This document shows positions 9,878 through 19,209 of a stretch of 64,000 bases of DNA, one piece after another; position 1 is the first letter of the stretch; every line of letters starts with the position of its first letter. The position numbers and the translations under genes are program-made. A model generated the notes under the pieces. That model did not search any database. It was given only the letters and a program-made list of their open reading frames with translations, and was not told the DNA's origin. Where the stretch lies: positions 1-64,000 of the IMG/VR virus record IMGVR_UViG_3300037247_001314; one strand, 5' to 3'. This DNA is from a virus.

Positions 9878-10215
9878 TCACTAGCCTCCGCCAGCTGCAG
9901 GTCTAGTGCGCGCAGGCGCCGCCGCGTCGTGGTCCGACGGGCAGCAATCTGGCAGCGGGTAATGTCCAGATGGGCCGAAACTTCGCGACCTGTGCGCAAC
10001 TTTGTCTGGACATCGAGGGCGTCCTGCAATGCTTCTTTCGTGAGCACACCATCAGCGACGAGAATGTCCCCGAGCTTGTCCTTCGTTTCATGCTGCCGAG
10101 CAAGAGCGTCGACCAGCTGACTCGCGTTGATGAGCCCCATCTCCCGAAGAACGACGCCGATGGTAGTTTTCTCCTCGTCATACTGTGGGGTTTTCTTGTC
10201 GCGTCGCCAAAACAT
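9874..10215 (-). CDS. Stand-alone MshEN (c-di-GMP-binding) domain protein
   Basis: Tandem TIGVVLREMGLINASQLVDALARQ and KLGDILVADGVLTKEALQDALDVQ match RLGxxLxxxGLIxxxxLxxxLxxQ. Confidence 0.75.
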   Translation of the reverse strand: MFWRRDKKTPQYDEEKTTIGVVLREMGLINASQLVDALARQHETKDKLGDILVADGVLTKEALQDALDVQTKLRTGREVSAHLDITRCQIAARRTTTRRRLRALDLQLAEASE

Positions 10216-10229
10216 GTCGCTCCCGTGCC

Positions 10230-10517
10230 TTAAGGTTGTGGTCGTTGTTGTTGCTGTAATCGGTCAATACCTTCGCGCACCTTAGTCAACTCAGCCACCT
10301 GTTGCGTCGTGAGCGCGTTCTGCTGCGTCGAAAGTAGGTTCTGCTCCACGGTGGCCTTAACAAGCTCTGTGGTGGTGTTGACGAGGGACTCGCGCAGCTC
10401 AGCCTGAAGGTCGCTCAGGGCTTCGTCCTTTTTCCAATACATATACGCAAAAACTGCAGCGAGGCCGAAGCCTCCAGCTTTCGCAAAAATATCTGCCAGT
10501 TGCGCGACGATATCCAT
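10230..10517 (-). CDS. Holin-like membrane protein
   Basis: Single N-terminal TM segment (GGFGLAAVFAYMYWKK) followed by a coiled coil. Confidence 0.45.
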   Translation of the reverse strand: MDIVAQLADIFAKAGGFGLAAVFAYMYWKKDEALSDLQAELRESLVNTTTELVKATVEQNLLSTQQNALTTQQVAELTKVREGIDRLQQQQRPQP

Positions 10518-10556
10518 AGTTTCCTAAAATAGCGCCCCCACGCGTCGTTGTCAGTT

Positions 10557-11138
10557 TCAGCGAGAATCGACTACCGCATTCACCCCGGTTACATCTGCGG
10601 CGTCATTCACGGATGTTTTGAGAGTTGTGCCAGCGTCGAGTGTCGCTCGCACGGCAGCAATGGCAGCAAGCGCAAAAGCGTGCACAGCAGCTGCGTCGGC
10701 GAGCGACACCGTGCCCGTGTCGTCGATGTTGTTCCAGACAACAGGATAAGCGAACGACGCATCATTCCGCATGTCGTCAGCTGCCATAATCTTCAACTGC
10801 GCGGGAAGGGACAGGCTGAAATAGTCACCGCTTGACGCTGGGTATTCAAAGCCAACAGCGATGAGTTCGTTGGTGCGCGCGTCGACTGCCTGGTTTTTAC
10901 TAGCCTTGCTCGTCGCCAGCACGCGAGCAGTGCTGGCTGCTTTGTATGTAGCAATCGTGGTGCCCAACAGCGCTTCGTCTGGGGCGGAAAGGTCTGTCGG
11001 CGTGGTGACGACGACAGCGGTGTCCGACATGCTCACCTTAAACAGAAGCGAAGGTAGGGCGCTTTGGATTGCAGCAGCTACGCCGACGTCTATGTCCCAG
11101 CGCGTGTCGAGGGCACGTGTGAAGTTGTAGTCGGTCAT
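10557..11138 (-). CDS. DUF4376-like tail-fibre-associated protein
   Basis: VDARTNELIAVGFEY...WNNIDDTGTVSL...TLKTSVNDA pattern. Confidence 0.6.
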   Translation of the reverse strand: MTDYNFTRALDTRWDIDVGVAAAIQSALPSLLFKVSMSDTAVVVTTPTDLSAPDEALLGTTIATYKAASTARVLATSKASKNQAVDARTNELIAVGFEYPASSGDYFSLSLPAQLKIMAADDMRNDASFAYPVVWNNIDDTGTVSLADAAAVHAFALAAIAAVRATLDAGTTLKTSVNDAADVTGVNAVVDSR

Positions 11139-12427
11139 AAAGTGTACTCGATCAGTAGTCCGTAATAGTGGATAACACCTCCCACGCTTACCTGACTCAC
11201 AAGGACACCACCTTGGTCGCCCGCAGCAAGTACACTTAGTACAGGCGTTATATCAATCTCAACAAATTTGTCGGTTAAGCCAGTGAAGTCAAACACTGTC
11301 GTCGTGTCGACCTCGCCGTGCTGATCTATCGACTCACCAGCAGCTACGTTGCCAAACTTTGAGGAAAGGTCGATGTTTTTACCAGAGCCGGCCGATGCAG
11401 AGGTTGGCTTGGCCACCAACACGGCTTTAGTTATCGCAGCTGCGAGTATTGGTACATAGAAGTTGAATCGAGCACTACCGGTAGATGGTATGCTAAGAGA
11501 ACGTCTATCCCCGTCATTGCCGTTGTAGTCGGCTTGAGCCCAAATGCAGCCACTATTCAACGCATCTAGAGCCGTTTTGTCTGCGGCAGACATGAAACCA
11601 TTAAGAGAGTCCGTAGCCACGGCGTGAAAGGTTACGCCAGTAAGGTCCCCGTGCCCGTGCACGTGGTCGCCGCGCGAGAGTAAAGCCGACGTGCCCGTAT
11701 CCGCTGTCCCGAGAGCTGCTGGCGTAGCGTCACTGCGCAAGAGCACCTCGACGGGATTGCCGCTCGCATTGCCGACCCAAAACTTATTCTCGGCGACGTT
11801 TGGTAATGCGTTCGAGCGCAACGCGCCACCGACGTAGACAATCCCGCTAGCGTCAACCTTCAGCACGGTTGCGATTTTTTGGATCTTTGTTGTGGCTCCT
11901 GTTGGCAGAGTGCTTATTAGCTCTCCGGGTGTTTTGGATACATAAAGATTGTCGCCAACAGCAAAACTGGAAGTGTCGATACCAGACAACTCGCCGCTAA
12001 CGCGCACGTCGCCACTGGCACTATTGGTAAAGGATTGCGCAGATATCCCGAGGGCAGGCAGCAAGGCCGGTTGGTCGGCGTCAGAAAGCTCGACGAGAAT
12101 CGTCGAATCACCGGCGTCGTACCCATCGATGAAGACGGTTTTACCTAGGGCAATAGTGCCCGCAGTTTTCTTCTTGCATTTGACCGTCGTGCTGTCGGTG
12201 GTGACCGACGACACTTGGCCCCACGTCGGTGCGGTGGTCAGAAGTATCCATATGCTGTTGTCGTCAGCCTGACGCGCAAACTTGTAGACGTCGTCAGCAG
12301 TAAGGGCGTCAGTGGGACCATCGCTGGGGGTATGGCTCCCGCGCGCGGAGGCGTCCGCGTACACCCAAGAGATGGGGCAGTGGATGCCGTCACTTGGTCG
12401 TTGGTCCTCGTGCCCCCCGCCACTCAT
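11135..12427 (-). CDS. Fibre/decoration-type virion protein
   Basis: GELSGIDTSSFAVGDNLYVS, SRGDHVH and GFMSAADKTALD fibre repeats. Confidence 0.6.
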   Translation of the reverse strand: MSGGGHEDQRPSDGIHCPISWVYADASARGSHTPSDGPTDALTADDVYKFARQADDNSIWILLTTAPTWGQVSSVTTDSTTVKCKKKTAGTIALGKTVFIDGYDAGDSTILVELSDADQPALLPALGISAQSFTNSASGDVRVSGELSGIDTSSFAVGDNLYVSKTPGELISTLPTGATTKIQKIATVLKVDASGIVYVGGALRSNALPNVAENKFWVGNASGNPVEVLLRSDATPAALGTADTGTSALLSRGDHVHGHGDLTGVTFHAVATDSLNGFMSAADKTALDALNSGCIWAQADYNGNDGDRRSLSIPSTGSARFNFYVPILAAAITKAVLVAKPTSASAGSGKNIDLSSKFGNVAAGESIDQHGEVDTTTVFDFTGLTDKFVEIDITPVLSVLAAGDQGGVLVSQVSVGGVIHYYGLLIEYTL

Positions 12428-12981
12428 GTTCGTGTCCCGTAAAGCAGTTCGCCTCGTCGATTAGTTAGCCACCCGCGACGTCCGACGATTGGTTGCGTCA
12501 GTTCAAATGATGAACCATCTCTGGAAAATAGAACCTGCCCGACCTCAGTCGGCACTGGTAGTGAAATAGTGATGGCCGCTCCGAGTTCTTCAAGTGCAGT
12601 CTGAAGGTTTGTTGCCGCGACGTTAGGAACAGACGAGGGATCGATGCCGACCTTGAGCGCGCCGCAGGGGTGTTTGAACTCGACGCTGCCGCCTGTGGAA
12701 TCGGGGAGCGCGGGCGTAGCCGTTAGCGTGTCGTTGCTTGGGACCGTGTCGACGACGTAGGTGCCGTCGCCCGCCGAGGCACCAGTGAGGACAAAAATAT
12801 CACCAGGCTCGACGGTCTCGTCGCCAATAGACAGGCCAAAATATGGCGCCGAGAGATTCATGGTCATCAGGCCAGACACAACATCTGTCACCGACGTGGT
12901 TTTGAACGAAACAGTGCCATCCGACGCCAGCTCAATGGCGTCGACGATTGCACCGTCCTCAATGTCCGTCTTATCAACCAC
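12424..12981 (-). CDS. Virion structural protein
   Basis: GDGTYVV beta motif and ATNLQTALEEL repeat. Confidence 0.5.
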   Translation of the reverse strand: MVDKTDIEDGAIVDAIELASDGTVSFKTTSVTDVVSGLMTMNLSAPYFGLSIGDETVEPGDIFVLTGASAGDGTYVVDTVPSNDTLTATPALPDSTGGSVEFKHPCGALKVGIDPSSVPNVAATNLQTALEELGAAITISLPVPTEVGQVLFSRDGSSFELTQPIVGRRGWLTNRRGELLYGTRT

Positions 12982-12984
12982 GAA

Positions 12985-13383
12985 CTACCTCTTAGTCTTG
13001 CTCGCCTTCTTCTTGGACGCCTTCTTCTTGGCGGCGGCTTCCTTTTTCTCTTCGGCTTTGTTCTCAGCCAGTTCTTTTTTCTTTTTGGCCTCTTTCTCGA
13101 TTTCTTGCTGCTCACGGATGAGCTGAGTGTTGATGGCGTTGAAGACTGTGGTGTGTAGGGACCTGAAGGCGCGAGCTTTGGCCTCGCTAGCGGCGGCTTG
13201 CTCCCGCATTGTGGCCGCAGCCGCTTCTTCTGCTTGTGCTTTAGATTCAAACTCGTTGAGCATCGTCATACCCAGCACATGAACCCTGCCACTGTTCTCG
13301 TCAAGCTTGAGGAGTTCGTTCGATACCCGTCGCACATTTACAACGGCTTCGGCGTGGTTCATTTCAGGTGTTGGATCGCTCAT
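12985..13383 (-). CDS. Hypothetical coiled-coil protein with a Lys-rich tail
   Basis: Start MSDPTP overlaps the upstream stop; KKKASKKKASKTKR tail. Confidence 0.55.
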   Translation of the reverse strand: MSDPTPEMNHAEAVVNVRRVSNELLKLDENSGRVHVLGMTMLNEFESKAQAEEAAAATMREQAAASEAKARAFRSLHTTVFNAINTQLIREQQEIEKEAKKKKELAENKAEEKKEAAAKKKASKKKASKTKR

Positions 13384-13631
13384 GGAGTAAGTCCGTTCGC
13401 AAGAGCAAAAGCCTGCCACTTTTCCGGCTGCTCTTTTTTTAGCTTCTTGGCGTGATTGGCAACGCGCATGCACGCTTCGCAGTAGACTTTGCCTTTACCC
13501 TCCTTTTCAGTAACGAGAAACCACCTCATGACCTTCTTGCCAATCATCAGCGGTGCGTGATGCCCGGAGGCGCAGAGGCGCCCTGGCGGCGCCTCTACGT
13601 TCTTCAGAGTCAGGTCAGCTGGAGCCTGCAT
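13380..13631 (-). CDS. Small Zn-finger-like protein
   Basis: CASGHH...YCEAC; abuts both neighbouring genes. Confidence 0.5.
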   Translation of the reverse strand: MQAPADLTLKNVEAPPGRLCASGHHAPLMIGKKVMRWFLVTEKEGKGKVYCEACMRVANHAKKLKKEQPEKWQAFALANGLTP

Positions 13632-15488
13632 TTACGCGTAGACAAGCCACTCAGCGATGTCGCCGACCTTGACTTTGTTGTAGACGGTGACTGTCGTTGA
13701 CGAGGTCTCGTCGTAATCATGGCCACCTTCGGTTCCATCACCCGGCGTGCGGAGTTCTTTGCGCCAAAAGAGGATGAGGTTCTGGCCGCTGTTGCTGTCA
13801 GGCGTGTACGTGCCGCTTGGGATCGTGAGAACGGCACCGACAGCCACCGCCACAGTCAGCACCTGGATGACGCGTGTGAAGTTCGAGCCGGCAACAGCGT
13901 CGGACAGCGCCTGTAGCGACGCCGTAATCGTCTCGCCATCGGTGAGGATGGCGCCAGTGTAATCCCGGTTTCCGATTTCGGTGTTGAGGACGTTGAGCGC
14001 TTCTACGACGTCGGGAGTAGCATCGGGGAGATCCGACCACGCAAAGAAGTTGGTCGTGGGTGTGAGGAGACCGCCAAGGTGTGTGACCCCGTCGGCAAGA
14101 AGGTCGCTGAGAACATCCTGTAGGTCGTTGATGCGCTGACTGAGACCAGCGTCGCCGACAAGGCCGTTAGCGAGACGGCGTCGAAGAGCAACATCACTCA
14201 TCGAGTCCATGCGCTCACGAAAACCGTAGACCATGTTCACCGACGTGGGCTGGTCACGTTCCCAAGTATACACGTTGGACACGGACAAAGCGGCGCCTGG
14301 CGCGACATGGAAGAACTGGACTTCGACCTCGTTGGGCTCGGTAGCGGACCCGGCAAAGGTGATGCCGTAGACGCGGTCGCCATAGTCAGCGTCGCCGCCA
14401 GCGAAATCGGAAACCAAGAAGCCGGCGTTGGCCACAGTTTCAGTGGCAACGGCTCCGGCTTGAACACCGGGGTTTGCGTGGGTGAAGTTGACCGTCGCAG
14501 CGCCGCCGCTAACGGCAGTCACCAGCAAGCTCGGAGCGGCAAGGATGGCTGCCACCAGAGCGTCGCGAATAAAGTCGGCGGTCTCCGTTCCCGTGTGGTC
14601 AACAGAACGAGAGAACTCTGTTTCCGCATGCGATCCGTCATCGTCAAAAACGAAGACGGTGGGCGTGTTGACCCCGTCGTCAATGGTAACGAAGTCGGTG
14701 TCGGCGCCGACTGCGAGTAGCGATGCAGCAACGGTGGTGAAGTCGCCGACTTCGCTGCCGAGCAACGTTAACGGCTGGCCAGTGGCGGGGTCGTAAATCT
14801 CGACGTAGCTGGCCTCAAAGACGCCAGCATCTGCGCCGTCCTGAATGGGGACACCCGTGCGATCGACAGCATCGGCGTGCGTTAAGTTGCCTGCATCGGA
14901 AAGCGTGACGAGGGTATCTCCCTCAGCCACGGCTTCACCTAGCGCCTCGCGGTCCGTGACCAGGGCTTTGGAGTCGAGGGAGATGAGGTTGGTCAGGCTC
15001 TTGTCGACGTTTGAACCGATAGCAGTCGGTCGCACGTACGTCGGGATGGCTGCATCAAACGCTACGCCCTTGATGTTGGCGCGGTCGCTGAGCGTGTAGT
15101 TAACGTTGTCTTCAAGCGAGTATCCCTGCCGCTCGGTCCAAGTGATGGAGCCGTTGTTGGCGTCGGGCGCCACAGCCGAGGCGTTAACCACGTCGACAGT
15201 GTTCGCGTCGATGTGGTTAACGATCAGGAACTCGCCGTTGTTGCCGCCGCTGGCTGCACCTGAAAGGCGCAAGAACTTATGGAGAGATTCGGCGGTCATA
15301 CCCGTGAGGCCGCTGATCCGTGCCTGGCCAGCAGGGGCGCCTGCGATGACGTTGGCAGCTACGCCTGTTTGACCAGTGATTGCAGCGCCGAGGAACAAGC
15401 TCTCTTCGCCATAAGGGAGGGCGCCACTCTGATTGAGGGACCCAGCGATATCGATCTGTTGGTCCAGAAGACCGGCAAGTGCACTCAT
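13632..15488 (-). CDS. Large virion structural protein
   Basis: 618 aa, acidic and Gly/Ala/Thr-rich; NNGEFLI and ITASLQALSDAV motifs; AGGAG RBS. Confidence 0.6.
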   Translation of the reverse strand: MSALAGLLDQQIDIAGSLNQSGALPYGEESLFLGAAITGQTGVAANVIAGAPAGQARISGLTGMTAESLHKFLRLSGAASGGNNGEFLIVNHIDANTVDVVNASAVAPDANNGSITWTERQGYSLEDNVNYTLSDRANIKGVAFDAAIPTYVRPTAIGSNVDKSLTNLISLDSKALVTDREALGEAVAEGDTLVTLSDAGNLTHADAVDRTGVPIQDGADAGVFEASYVEIYDPATGQPLTLLGSEVGDFTTVAASLLAVGADTDFVTIDDGVNTPTVFVFDDDGSHAETEFSRSVDHTGTETADFIRDALVAAILAAPSLLVTAVSGGAATVNFTHANPGVQAGAVATETVANAGFLVSDFAGGDADYGDRVYGITFAGSATEPNEVEVQFFHVAPGAALSVSNVYTWERDQPTSVNMVYGFRERMDSMSDVALRRRLANGLVGDAGLSQRINDLQDVLSDLLADGVTHLGGLLTPTTNFFAWSDLPDATPDVVEALNVLNTEIGNRDYTGAILTDGETITASLQALSDAVAGSNFTRVIQVLTVAVAVGAVLTIPSGTYTPDSNSGQNLILFWRKELRTPGDGTEGGHDYDETSSTTVTVYNKVKVGDIAEWLVYA

Positions 15489-15505
15489 TTTCTATCTCCT
15501 GGCCA

Positions 15506-15802
15506 TCAGGCCGCGTAATACGTGGCTCTCAAAACAGACCGCGCGTTCGGTGTGAACGAAAGTAGGGTCACCGTATCAAACCCACCCCCAGAATCCGAGA
15601 CGATGAAATCCCCAGGAGGCTGATTCGCCACAATGCCTTGGTCAAGGAGTCGACCGTTGTGGGACAAGGCGAGAGTGATTCCACCTGGAGTATGAAGAAA
15701 GGCCTCTGCTGTCTGGAAAATACGGGGGTCCCCCGTGGCTACCAGCGCTACACCAATGCGGAATGCGCTCGGGGGGATAGCACGACGCCGGACGAGCAGC
15801 AT
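15506..15802 (-). CDS. Small virion protein
   Basis: HNGRLLDQG...DFIVS...LRATY beta-domain. Confidence 0.5.
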   Translation of the reverse strand: MLLVRRRAIPPSAFRIGVALVATGDPRIFQTAEAFLHTPGGITLALSHNGRLLDQGIVANQPPGDFIVSDSGGGFDTVTLLSFTPNARSVLRATYYAA

Positions 15803-15805
15803 GGC

Positions 15806-16093
15806 TTACCCCTTGCGGTGCAACACCATGACGGTCACAGACGCAGTGCCTCCAACGCCCTTAAGCCAAACCTGGCTGTCCTCGATGGCCTCGGAGAAAT
15901 CTTCAGACGTCCCAATCTCCCAAAAGTTGGTGCCGGCGTCAAAATCGGCCTCGGTAAAGAAAAGGCGTACCGGGAAGGTAGCAGCGCGAATCTTTAGCCG
16001 CATCGAGAGCGCTTGAAACTTCCAGATGCGCCCCGTTGTGTCGATGTCGTCGGTAACTACGCGGGCAATGCCCCCACGAGACTGAAAACCCAT
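15806..16093 (-). CDS. Small virion protein
   Basis: GAGGAG RBS; beta-rich ORF. Confidence 0.5.
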   Translation of the reverse strand: MGFQSRGGIARVVTDDIDTTGRIWKFQALSMRLKIRAATFPVRLFFTEADFDAGTNFWEIGTSEDFSEAIEDSQVWLKGVGGTASVTVMVLHRKG

Positions 16094-16161
16094 GTGCGCT
16101 CTCCTCTAAGGCTTTGAACTCGGGGCTGCTAATCCCGAGCTCTGTGTCCAGACAGCGAAGC

Positions 16162-16509
16162 CTACTCCGCTGGCGCCTGGTCGATGAAGCGGCCAACAAC
16201 CAAAAGGTTGTGGACGTCGGTGTCCGCACCGACCAGCACATTGAAGCCGCTCTGGGTCTTGGTGCTCTCGTCGACGGTGCAGGCTTTGCCCTCCACCTGC
16301 GAAATGACGACGTAGTCGGTGTCCGCCATCTTTTTGAGGCCGAGAGCCTCAAGGTCGACGACGAGCGGAGCGGCACCGCTTTGAGTCACGAGCTTCGCCT
16401 GCATCCCCTGTCCGCCAACAGGGGAAGCCGTGACGTGGTCAATGCCCTGGTCAGCCATGACCGGGATGTGGGTGCTCATTTTCTTTGGTGATGCATCTGC
16501 TCCGGACAT
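16162..16509 (-). CDS. Head fibre/decoration-like protein
   Basis: MADTDYVV...KTQSGF...LLVVGR pattern; AGGAG RBS. Confidence 0.5.
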   Translation of the reverse strand: MSGADASPKKMSTHIPVMADQGIDHVTASPVGGQGMQAKLVTQSGAAPLVVDLEALGLKKMADTDYVVISQVEGKACTVDESTKTQSGFNVLVGADTDVHNLLVVGRFIDQAPAE

Positions 16510-16549
16510 ATCTTGCTCCTACGCCGTCTGGACGTTGTTGGTTGGTGGC

Positions 16550-17569
16550 CTAGTCCCCGTCGGGATACATCGCCTGCGCGATGCGTTCAACAAGGGTGGC
16601 CGCTCCGATGTTGGAAGCGTACTTCACCTCGTAGCCGTCGGCCATTTTCTTCAAAAACTCGATGGGCATGTCTGCATTGGGCTCGGGCCAGTTTCCAGAC
16701 GTCTCGAAGGTCTCCGTGGCAAATCCAGATTCGGCGAGCGTTGCCATGAGTTCCGTCTTGGCCGCCTCAGCTTCTTCCGCTTCCTTTGCAGCAGCAGCTT
16801 CTTCCGCTTCCTTGGCCGCCTGTGCCGCAACTTCAGCCACCGACTTCGGTGCGGGCTTGCCGTCACCAGTCGGGACGGGCGGAACGGCCCCGAGAGGGAG
16901 CAAGCCTGCGTCGGCGACACCCGCCATGAAGTCCGCAACGCCATGGTGCCCCTTGGGCTCCTCGCGCTCTTTGTCGAGGTTGTAGGCTGCCATGAGCAGG
17001 TCAGCTTCGGTAAGACCGAGTTCTTTCGCGAGGTCCTTGAGTACCTTCTTCGAGTAGCTGCCGAAGGGGCTGCTCATCTCGTCTTTGGTCTTGGGCTCTG
17101 GTTCCTTCTGCGGAACGGTGGCCTCGACGGCAGCCACCTCGCGGGCGAGCTGGGAGTGCTGGGGAGTTCCACCGCCAGGCTTGATGTCGGCGTTGCGGGC
17201 GATGTGCGCCGCACGCGCTTGGTTGAGGTGGTCTTGATTGAAGTTGTAGCCGTTCGCATGGCCCACCGACTTCAAAAGCTCAGAGAACGTTTGGCAGCCT
17301 TCGCACTGCTCCTGGATGGCGGGCTGAGCAGCCACGAGCGCTACGAACTCTTTGGCGCTGTTTAGCGAAGGTCTCGGGATGGTGGGGCGACCGCGCTTGT
17401 TTTGGTTTTTCGTCTGGAGGATCTGGTCAGTCCAGCCCGTGTTCAGGGCCTTGTTGAGGTTGGCCTCATCCTCGACCTCAATGCAGAGATTGTTGTCCAC
17501 GTCGTAATGCGTGTCGTTGATGAGGATGGACTTGCCCTTCATGTGAGCGGAGCGCGTCTGAAGCATCAT
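16550..17569 (-). CDS. Post-capsid protein with Nif11-like and C-terminal helix-extension-helix-like domains
   Basis: Start MMLQTRS; KEFVALVAAQPAIQEQ...GHANGYNFNQDHL; C-terminal LKKMADGYEVKY...TLVERI. Confidence 0.55.
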   Translation of the reverse strand: MMLQTRSAHMKGKSILINDTHYDVDNNLCIEVEDEANLNKALNTGWTDQILQTKNQNKRGRPTIPRPSLNSAKEFVALVAAQPAIQEQCEGCQTFSELLKSVGHANGYNFNQDHLNQARAAHIARNADIKPGGGTPQHSQLAREVAAVEATVPQKEPEPKTKDEMSSPFGSYSKKVLKDLAKELGLTEADLLMAAYNLDKEREEPKGHHGVADFMAGVADAGLLPLGAVPPVPTGDGKPAPKSVAEVAAQAAKEAEEAAAAKEAEEAEAAKTELMATLAESGFATETFETSGNWPEPNADMPIEFLKKMADGYEVKYASNIGAATLVERIAQAMYPDGD

Positions 17570-17602
17570 GATGTTTTCCCTTGTGAGTTTGAGGCTAGCC
17601 CC

Positions 17603-17646
17603 AAAGCAAAGGGGCGCGCGACCAAGCATAGGCCGTGCGCCCCTTC
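17603..17646 (-). terminator. Terminator after the major capsid gene
   Basis: AAGGGGCGCACGGCC-loop-GGTCGCGCGCCCCTT then TGCTTT. Confidence 0.6.
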
Positions 17647-17682
17647 TATTCCAGACGCCGCTTCCCTGCTAGGGGTTAGGCG

Positions 17683-19122
17683 TTAGGGCTGCCCCTTGAA
17701 GTTGGGGGCTCGACCGATGTTCCGGATGAGTACGGCCTTGCCCGGGGCATAGAGCACCGGAACTCCGTATACTAATTGCATCCAACGGATTGACGTCGAC
17801 ACGGTGGCCAGCGGCACCTTGAGGAATGGCGCCAACTGTTTCCAGCTGAGGCACTCAAGGTTCTGTTGCCAAAGGATGGCGATCGAGGTGAACGGCAAAC
17901 GATCGTTGACATCGTCGAAGGTGAACTCGCCCGCGCCAGCGGTGTTCGGGGTGCGAGCGATCTGCCGTTGTTTGCCAACAGCTCCGCCCTTTTTGGTGCG
18001 GTAGAGTTCGTACCACTTCACGCCGACGGCAGACCCGGGGGTCACACCGAACGTCATCTTGTCGCCTTCAGCAACGGCAATAGCACTGCCGTCGACAGCA
18101 ACGGCAACGCTACGGCCGAAGTCATTGTGCGCGGACACGCTGTAGAAGTAGGAACCTGCGTCTTCAGCGTCAAAGAGCGAGCCAGCGTCGGCCGGGGTTG
18201 TTGCGCCAGTCGAAATCGTTGGTGTCGCAGGACGCTGTGCGGCGTCGCCGGCCGCGGTAGCTTTCGGCGAACCGCCATCATTCACGAAAACATTCGGCTC
18301 AAAAAGCACATCGCCGGCCGGGCTGGTGAAGCCCTTGATATCGAGCCCAACCATCCCGTCCTTGCGCTTGTCCAGAAGGTCGTAGCGCCCCTTCGGGAAG
18401 AAGCTCTTGACGAGGTCAGCCTTAATCTTCGGATTGAGATGCAGGTGGGTCGGAATCCCGAAGTTCGGGTCGTCGCTGATGGTGAGCGCAGCGTCAATGA
18501 GGATGTCCTCGTCGAGCGGCTTACCACGCTGGTCGATGATGTTGTCAGCCGGCGCGTTGTCGGTGATGAGCTTCTCGTAGCCGTCAAACTGAATAGTCGA
18601 CAGCGAAGAGTCAGCGTAGAACAACGCACGCTCGACGATGCGCAAAAGCCACATCGTCCCCGCCACCGTTTCGTTTGCGATGACGTTGCCATGCGCCGGA
18701 CGAATCAAGCTCATCACGTGACTGACTGACCTGGTCGTGCCCAGGAACTTCACGGCCGCGTAGCGTCGAGCGAACGTAGAATCGTCCTCGGGAGGCAGCG
18801 CGCCCTCCGCGATGAAGCCCTCGATTCCTTCGCCGTAGCTCGAAATCTCGTTGTGCTCCTCGACGGTGTTGTACGCCGCGAGCTTGGGAATGGCCTTGAA
18901 CAGCCGGATGTGTTCCATCCGGTAGGTGACGTTCTTCAACGTCTGCTCGAGCGACTCAACGCGCAGAGGGAACCCCTGCCCCGGAGCAGCGCCCGGGTTG
19001 TTGATGTCGTTGCCCGCCGTGAGGGCCTTGTTCAGGTGGTCGAGGTCAGATTCCGAGAACGGATTTCCCGGCCCGAACCCGTCCACCCCGTCGTAGTCCT
19101 TCCAGGACACTTGGTCGATCAT
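17683..19122 (-). CDS. Major capsid protein (SPO1/Twort-like)
   Basis: LNKALTAG, LRVESLEQTLKNVT, KFLGTT, WKQLAPFLKVPLA, LVYGVPVLYAPGK...NIG; AAGGAG RBS. Confidence 0.93.
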   Translation of the reverse strand: MIDQVSWKDYDGVDGFGPGNPFSESDLDHLNKALTAGNDINNPGAAPGQGFPLRVESLEQTLKNVTYRMEHIRLFKAIPKLAAYNTVEEHNEISSYGEGIEGFIAEGALPPEDDSTFARRYAAVKFLGTTRSVSHVMSLIRPAHGNVIANETVAGTMWLLRIVERALFYADSSLSTIQFDGYEKLITDNAPADNIIDQRGKPLDEDILIDAALTISDDPNFGIPTHLHLNPKIKADLVKSFFPKGRYDLLDKRKDGMVGLDIKGFTSPAGDVLFEPNVFVNDGGSPKATAAGDAAQRPATPTISTGATTPADAGSLFDAEDAGSYFYSVSAHNDFGRSVAVAVDGSAIAVAEGDKMTFGVTPGSAVGVKWYELYRTKKGGAVGKQRQIARTPNTAGAGEFTFDDVNDRLPFTSIAILWQQNLECLSWKQLAPFLKVPLATVSTSIRWMQLVYGVPVLYAPGKAVLIRNIGRAPNFKGQP

Positions 19123-19209
19123 GATGGTCTCTCCTTAAAGAGGGTTGTCTGGACGATTGTCTGGACGATGCGAGCTCGCTGTCACCGAGCTCAAGGGTGA
19201 AGCAGTTGG

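Noticed and set aside
19141-19172. Tandem TTGTCTGGACGA as a CRISPR or iteron array
   Set aside because: Only two units and no spacers; treated as paired copies of the dispersed motif
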